Assembly: GCF_003318275.1 (NCBI RefSeq)
Contig: NZ_QOCH01000013.1
Location: forward strand, 463,152 to 495,151
From: Marinobacter sp. F3R11
GTDB lineage: Bacteria > Pseudomonadota > Gammaproteobacteria > Pseudomonadales > Oleiphilaceae
Direction of reading: 5' to 3'
Length of the DNA stretch: 32,000 nucleotides
Part shown: in pieces, positions 10,766 through 17,200 of the stretch
Position numbering within the stretch: position 1 is the first letter of the stretch
Layout: each line of letters opens with the position of its first letter
Program-made: the position numbers and the translations under genes
Notes under the pieces: model-generated
What the model was told of the DNA's origin: nothing
The model's input: only the letters and a program-made list of their open reading frames with translations
Databases searched by the model: none

Positions 10766-12643
10766 ATGGATGATCACGGTCAGTTTCGTCTGCTTTCAAA
10801 GCGCCGCTTCCTGCCATTTTTTTTGACGCAATTTTCCGGTGCTTTCAACGACAATCTGTTCCGCAATATCCTGCTGCTGTTGATTACCTATACCGCAGGT
10901 GGATTAATGGGCCTGCCGATTGATGTGGCTGTGAACATCGCAGCTTTTCTGTTCATTCTGCCGTTTTTTCTGTTCTCCGGAATTGCAGGCCAATTGGCTG
11001 ACAAGTATGAAAAATCCCAGGTTATCCGCTGGGTAAAACTGGCAGAAATCGCCATCATGGTACTGGCCGCCATTGGCCTCTGGCACGAGTGGTACGAGGC
11101 TTTGCTGCTGCTGTTATTCCTCATGGGCGTACAATCCACCTTCTTTGGACCGGTCAAATACGCCCTTCTGCCCCAGGTGCTTACCAATGATGAACTGGTG
11201 GGTGGCAATGCTCTGGTGGAAATGGGCACCTTCGTTGCGATCCTGGTGGGTACACTGGCCGCCGGCTTGTTAATGGGCAGTGAACAGCCTGAAAAGCTGG
11301 CTGCGGTCGGCGTAGTAGCTATCGCCGCTATTGGCTATCTGGCCGCACGAAAGGTTCCCGTGACTGGCGCTACTAACCCACAAATGACCATTGGCTTTCG
11401 GCCTCTGAAAGAAACCTGGAACCTGATGCGGCTGGCAGCTGAAAACTACTCCGTGCTGCTGTGCATCATCGCCATTTCCTGGTTCTGGTTTCTGGGCGCC
11501 GCCTACCTCACCCAGTTCCCCAGCTTCGCCCAAACGGACCTGATGGGAGACGAAACCGTTGTCACCCTGCTGCTAGCCGTGTTCACCATAGGAATTGCAC
11601 TGGGCTCAGTGGCCTGTGAACGGCTGTCCGGGCACCGGATCGAACTGGGCATTGTACCCATTGGTTCTCTCGGCATCAGCCTGTTCGGGCTAGACTTATA
11701 CTTCAGTATGCCCGCCAACCCGGTGCCGACCGACTGGTGGATGATCATCACCGACAGCCAGCACCGGCAGGTGGCAATTGATCTGCTGGGTATCGGCTTC
11801 TTTGGCGGCCTTTTTATCGTACCGCTTTACGCATTCGTACAAAGGGAAACCCCGGAACCCCGGCGTGCCCGCGTAATCGCAGCGCTAAACGTATTCAACG
11901 CCCTGTTCATGGTGGTCAGTGCCGGCATGGGGATCTTGATGCTGGGCGTGATCAACATCAGCATTCCCGAATTCTTTCTGGTGCTGTCCATCATGAACCT
12001 GATCGTGGCAGGCTTTGTTTACCAACAAGTGCCGGAATTTGCCTTGCGGTTTATTGTCTGGGTGCTGTCACACACTATCTACAGGGTTCGTCATGAAGGG
12101 CTTCACAAGATTCCCGAAGAAGGTCCGGTACTGCTGGTTTGTAACCACATAACCTACATGGATGCGCTGGTGATCGCCGGTGCCGTGCGCCGTCCCATCC
12201 GTTTCGTGATGGACTACCAGATCTTCAAAATGCCCGTTCTTGGCGCCCTGTTCAAACTCGCAAAGACCATCCCGATAGGCCCAAGAAATAGAGTGCCGGA
12301 GATCTACGATAACGCCTTCGAGCGTATCGACGAAGAACTGGACGCTGGCAACGTAGTCTGTATTTTCCCGGAAGGACGGCTCACATGTGACGGCGAAGTG
12401 GGGCCCTTCAAAAAAGGCGTTGAGATCATCCTGGAGCGCAGGCCCGTACCTGTAGTACCCATGGCGCTTCGAGGACTTTGGGGCAGCTTTTTCAGCCACT
12501 GCGGCGGGCCAGCACTAAGCCACCTTCCAAAGCGGTTCTGGTCGCGGATTGAATTGGTGGCTGGCGAGCCGGTTTCGGCAGAAAAGGCGAATGCTGAAGT
12601 TTTGGAGGAGCAAGTAAAAAGCTTGAGGGGGAGTGGTCGATGA
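10766..12643 (+). CDS. lplT: Lysophospholipid transporter LplT (MFS) fused to a PlsC/Aas-type acyltransferase
   Basis: 625 aa. The N-terminal ~430 aa are multi-TM with LplT-like 'FLTQFSGAFNDNLF' and 'GPVKYALLPQ'. The C-terminal domain carries acyltransferase motifs 'CNHITYMDA' (HX4D) and 'IFPEGRLT'. Confidence 0.85.
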   Translation: MDDHGQFRLLSKRRFLPFFLTQFSGAFNDNLFRNILLLLITYTAGGLMGLPIDVAVNIAAFLFILPFFLFSGIAGQLADKYEKSQVIRWVKLAEIAIMVLAAIGLWHEWYEALLLLLFLMGVQSTFFGPVKYALLPQVLTNDELVGGNALVEMGTFVAILVGTLAAGLLMGSEQPEKLAAVGVVAIAAIGYLAARKVPVTGATNPQMTIGFRPLKETWNLMRLAAENYSVLLCIIAISWFWFLGAAYLTQFPSFAQTDLMGDETVVTLLLAVFTIGIALGSVACERLSGHRIELGIVPIGSLGISLFGLDLYFSMPANPVPTDWWMIITDSQHRQVAIDLLGIGFFGGLFIVPLYAFVQRETPEPRRARVIAALNVFNALFMVVSAGMGILMLGVINISIPEFFLVLSIMNLIVAGFVYQQVPEFALRFIVWVLSHTIYRVRHEGLHKIPEEGPVLLVCNHITYMDALVIAGAVRRPIRFVMDYQIFKMPVLGALFKLAKTIPIGPRNRVPEIYDNAFERIDEELDAGNVVCIFPEGRLTCDGEVGPFKKGVEIILERRPVPVVPMALRGLWGSFFSHCGGPALSHLPKRFWSRIELVAGEPVSAEKANAEVLEEQVKSLRGSGR

Positions 12644-13010
12644 GCATTAAATCGGCCAGGGTTGTATAACATGCATGTATGCATTGAAGCATACCCCATA
12701 GCGCGAGCGCTTCTTCCTGCTACCTGTGCAGGAGGTCGCATCCGAGATATTGCACTACCGGCACAGACCTTTAGCCTGCAAGCCCGCCGTGTTTTCCTTC
12801 AAAACGGGAATTTCGGAGAATCGCTTATTCATGTTCATCGTGCTCTCTGTAGGTGAACATTGCTGAAATCTCGATGGGTTAGAAAGCTGGGGGAAGGTCA
12901 GCAGGTCACCGAAACATAATCTGATTCGCTTTTCTTTGGATAGGTATTGGCTTGGCGCGTCTAATAAGCGCCCACGCTAAAACATTGGAGTAAAGACTGT
13001 CTTGGTTGGA

Positions 13011-13220
13011 CTAAATAAAGTAGAACGCGATATCCTTTATGATCTGAGCATCACCAGTCTCAACTGGGCTCGCATGCTGATTGAAGTCATGCATCAGCCC
13101 TTTGGCTGCATCCGCACCAAGTGCATTGGCCTCGCGAATAAGTCCCTCAGCCACTTTTTCGTCCTCAATATACTTCTTTACAAGATATTCAAACTGTCTA
13201 AGAAATTCATCGTCAGTCAT
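13011..13220 (-). CDS. Putative orphan immunity protein (69 aa)
   Basis: Start at the ATG at 13220 (MTDDEFLRQFEYLVKK...), preceded by 'ggag'. It overlaps the stop of the orphan toxin frame by 8 nt (ATGACTGA). The gene is small, apparently helical and AT-richer by eye. Assignment rests on position only. Confidence 0.5.
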   Translation of the reverse strand: MTDDEFLRQFEYLVKKYIEDEKVAEGLIREANALGADAAKGLMHDFNQHASPVETGDAQIIKDIAFYFI

Positions 13221-13820
13221 TTCGAGACTCCGGCAACAGTTGTATCTGATCAAAGCGCACCCTGATCCTTTCACTCGGCTTTAACTGCCGCTCCCCGCCT
13301 TGACCATACTCAGGATATGAGGTGGCAAAAGGCTCCAACTCAGGTCCTTTTCCACCTCTCTCTTTTGGTACTTCAACACGAGGAACGCCATTTCTATCGA
13401 ATAATTGCAAAGTATTAAACTGCCCCATCAACCGAGCATCGCTCCACGAATTTGGATCACCGGCTTTGTAGTAAATCTGATAAGCGTCTCTAACTGACCC
13501 TGGAAGCGGAGCGGATTGTCGATTTCTGCGACTTGTTGCTGAACGACATTACCATAGGCGCGATAAGTAACTGACCACACCAGATCACCCCTGGCGTTAG
13601 TCAGTTCCTGAGGCGTGCCCAGGTGATCCAGATGGTAGTAGTAAATACTCGACTGTTCCGGACCATAACCATCGACTAGAGCCAGCGGCTTGAAGGTGTC
13701 TGGTTCGTACACGTAAGTGCGGTACTGATCTCCGGTTTCTTCGGCAATGAAGCGGTCGCCCTGCCAGAGAAATTCGGTTCGCGTCAGGTCATTGGTTTGG
13801 GCGACTCGGCGGCCGAACGC
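13213..13820 (-). pseudogene. Orphan rhs C-terminal fragment (core tail plus toxin remnant), start-less and frame-disrupted
   Basis: 13494..13820 encodes AFGRRVAQTNDLTRTEFLWQGDRFIAEETGDQYRTYVYEPDTFKPLAL...NPLRFQGQ, nearly identical to residues of the main Rhs. An in-frame TAA (13824-13826) sits directly upstream of this segment. After 'RFQGQ' the Rhs frame stops at 13428, and the rest (VRDAYQIYYKAGDPNSWSDARLMGQF...ESRND) continues in a different frame down to 13213. Confidence 0.7.
13494..13820. repeat. Direct repeat, orphan copy (3' end of the rhs core)
   Basis: By hand alignment it matches 14884..15210 with no gaps at a constant offset of 1390 nt. I counted 16 mismatches in 327 nt. Confidence 0.9.
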
Positions 13821-13905
13821 ACCTTATCTTACTGCCGGCTCAGGAGCCTTGGGCGAGTATGGAGAATGAGGGGCGTTGGTGAGTAGCTGCCCGTCGAGGC
13901 TCAAA

Positions 13906-13934
13906 TAGTTGCGGCAGTGTTTTACTGCCGCAAC
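13906..13934 (-). terminator. Strong hairpin after the rhs-linked immunity gene
   Basis: Perfect 12-bp stem agttgcggcagt (13906-13917) / actgccgcaact (13923-13934) with a 5-nt loop, 14 nt past the immunity stop. On the minus strand the tail is 'atttg', so the U-tract is weak. Confidence 0.45.
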
Positions 13935-13948
13935 TTAAATGCTTAAGT

Positions 13949-14206
13949 TCATTTTGGCCATATAGCTGGACGAATCTCCCGAGCCACAAAATTTCCTGGA
14001 TCAGCACTAATTCGTCTCACGAGAGCATCAATAGCATTACTATCATTCTTTAGATCCTCAATCTCTGATACTGATAGCTCTATGGTCATATCATTCTCTG
14101 CTGCACCATAGCTAACCAGAACCGTTAAGAGCCAACGAGGACCATCTTCAAATAGAACGTACGACCATGGTTTTTCCGCAATAATTCGCAACTTTAAGCG
14201 CCTCAA
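13949..14206 (-). CDS. Putative cognate immunity protein of the Rhs toxin (85 aa)
   Basis: The ORF lies immediately downstream of rhs. The only upstream start is a TTG at 14206, which overlaps the rhs stop (TTGA). The first in-frame ATG lies about 40 codons in. The sequence is AT-richer by eye. Assignment rests on position only. Confidence 0.6.
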   Translation of the reverse strand: MRRLKLRIIAEKPWSYVLFEDGPRWLLTVLVSYGAAENDMTIELSVSEIEDLKNDSNAIDALVRRISADPGNFVAREIRPAIWPK

Positions 14207-17200
14207 TTTATTGGTGTCTCAGTGTATTTACCGCGAGGTATTGGATCTACAACAGCCTCTGATTGCCCGTTGGGTAGTTTACCGCCGGGAATCCAGAGCG
14301 GGTTTGCACCAGATTCATTTCCAGATGGCATTCTCAATCCAATTGATTGAGGACTTGATACATCAATACGAACTATCTCCTCATTGCTCCAACTCCCCTC
14401 AGGAATACCCAACTGACGCTCAATTACAGCGATATCGCCGCTGGCATTCTCAAGAATACGATCCATTTCACTTTTGGTGGACATAAATTGGCCATCGGGC
14501 CGACCAACTGGATCCCGCCCAAACCGATCAAGAGCTGATCGAGGAACGAGGTAGGATCCACCCTGCTCCGCAAACCTCTGCAAATGTGAATCAATATATG
14601 CAGATGGCAGATAGCTCTCAGGAGGCGGTCTCTGCCCCTGTGGAGTAGCCCTTATTTCAGCAATCTGTTCTTCACTTATCGGTAAGGTATTGCGACTTTC
14701 TGGACAACTCCCTTTTTCCACCGCCAACCCCAACGGATCCACCCACCCCGTCGGATTTGGCACATACTGATAATTATTTAACCCTCCCGCAAGACCAATC
14801 GGATCCGGCGTGATAAATCGACCTGTAGTGGGATTGTAATATCGGTGACGATTGTAGTGCAGCCCGGTTTCCGGATCGTGGTACTGGCCCTGGAAGCGGA
14901 GCGGGTTGTCGATTTCTGCGACTTGTTGCTGAACGACATTACCATAGGCGCGATAAGTAACTGACCACACCAGATCACCCCTAGCGTTCGTCAGTTCCTG
15001 AGGCGTGCCCAGGTGATCCAGATGGTAGTAGTAAATGCTCGACTGTTCGGGACCATAACCATCGACTAGAGCCAGCGGCTTGAAGGTGTCTGGTTCGTAC
15101 ACGTAAGTGCGGTACTGACCTCCGGTTTCTTCGGCAATGAAGCGGTCGCCCTGCCACAGGAATTCGGTTCGTGTCAGGCCGTTGGTTTTGGCGATACGGC
15201 GGCCGAAGGCGTCGTATTCGTAGTGCCAGGTGCTGCCATCCGGTGTGGTGACGCTCGTGAGTCGGTGCTCGCAGTCGTAGGTATACCGGGTGACCAGTTT
15301 CTGGCCTTTACCTCGACGTTCTTCGATCAGGTTGCCGAATTCGTCGTATTGGTAATGGCTGTCACCGTGCATAGTAAGCCGGTTACCGCGCACATTGGCA
15401 GATTGACCGCTTGAAGCCCCCTGGTTTTGCTCCAGGAGGTTGCCGGCCGGGTCGTGTATGAGTTGTTCGTAGAGGTCCCCTCGTACGCCAACCAAGCGAT
15501 CCATGGGATCGTAGACGTACTGCCTAAGCCCTTTGCGGCTGTCCTGGATACTTTTTAGGTTGCCGTTAGGGGCGTACTGGTAGTCCCGCTGGGCGGCAAT
15601 GTCTTTGATACGGTTTTGATGCACCCGGTGCTGAGTCAAGCGGCCTTCGTCGTCGTAGACGTAGGCACTAATCAGGTCACCTTGCTGCCGTTCGATTTCC
15701 TCGCCGGTGGACGCCATTCGGTGGCGGGTCAGGGGTTGGCCATTCAGGTCAATGCCTGACAACAACCCGGCTGCGTCCCGATGGTAAGCCAGAGCCTGGC
15801 CGTCCGGCAGTACCATTTCGTTCAGGCGATCAAATTCATCATAACGATAACGGAGGCTGGCCCAGCCCTGGTGTTCAGTTTTCAACAAACCGAATTCGTC
15901 GTACTCGAAAGCCAATGGCCAGTGACCGTCATCAACGCCGATCAGTTTGCCGTCCGCGTTATAGCCGTACTGAATCTCGCGGCCATCGGGTAGCGTCTTC
16001 TTCAGCAACTGGCCGAGTTCATCCCGCTCATAGGTGGTGGTTTGCAGGACCTCACTGGACGTGCCGTACTCAGCCTTCTCGATCAGATGGCCATTCAGGT
16101 CATACTGGTAGGCGGTGCGATGGCCATCAAAAGCAGTCTCCTGTTTGACCAAACCGTTCGGGTAATAGTCGATGAGGTAGGCTTCACCCCGCTCATTTTC
16201 TATGTGAGTCAGCAGGAACCGGTGGTGATCGTAACGGTAACGAAGTTCGCTGCTGTCCGGGTTGATACGACGAGTGAGCAGGTGAAGGTTGTTGTCATAC
16301 TCGTAACGGGTTTCCCGCCCTTGTTCGTCAACGAAACGGGTGACCTTGTTGTACGCGTTATACTGATAATGACGAGACCGGTTGCCTGAGAGGATTTCCT
16401 CTGTGACTCGTCCAAGGCCATCGTACCGGTATCGGGTAATGGCACCCCGGGCGTCTTTTTTGGCCAGAAGCTGGCCAAACTCATCGTAACGATATTGATA
16501 GAACGCCCCGGTGGGAGTTGTTTCCTCAATGAGCTGACCCTGGCTGTTCCAGCCCCACTTGTGAGCGCGACCGTCCGGCAGGTCAACCTGCGTGAGCTGG
16601 CCCTGAGGGCTGTAGGTGTACCGGGTAATTCGTCCTTTTGGATCGGCTTCGCGGGCCAGATCACCGTGCCGGGTGTAATCAAATTTCCAGGTCTGGCCAT
16701 TGCGATGAATTTCAGCAATGCGCCCCTTTCGATAGGTAAACAAAATGGGCTGACCATCCGGGCCGGTTTTGCTCTGAAGCCGGCCACTCTTGTCGTACTG
16801 GTATTCTGTACGAGTCCCCATGGGGTCGATGGAGACTTTTAACCGCCCCTGTTCGTCGTATTCACTCTGGTGTTTGGCGCCGTCCGGGTCTACTTTCTCC
16901 TGCAATTGTGCGGTGCCATCGTAACGCCAGATTTCCCGGCTACCGTCGACGTAGCTAACGGTACAGGTGTGGTTCTCATCATCCCACTCAAAGCGGGTAT
17001 CGACCTGGGCACTATCTCCCCACTGGTGAACACAGCGGCCGGTTGGCGAGTTTTCATCCCACGCGAGAAAGAAACTGTAACCGCCAGCAAGCTGCCGATG
17101 GGTGAGCATATGGCTTTCATACCCATAACGCTCAATGCCGCCCTCTGCATCTTTGGCACCGATCAGGTCATCGTTGTCGTCGTATGTGTAGCTGCGCTCA

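Noticed and set aside
12644-13010. Attachment site, integrase remnant or small gene at the left island border (including the 64-aa ORF 12662..12856 and the palindromic 'atgcatgtatgcat')
   Set aside because: I saw no repeat matching the right border and no recombinase-like translation in any frame. The 64-aa ORF has no SD or motif. I left the stretch as noncoding.
13213-13712. The 94-aa (13428..13712) and 72-aa (13213..13431) ORFs as independent genes
   Set aside because: The first is a GTG-initiated piece of duplicated rhs core sequence, and the second continues the same fragment in another frame. I treat them together as one decayed orphan rhs-CT pseudogene.
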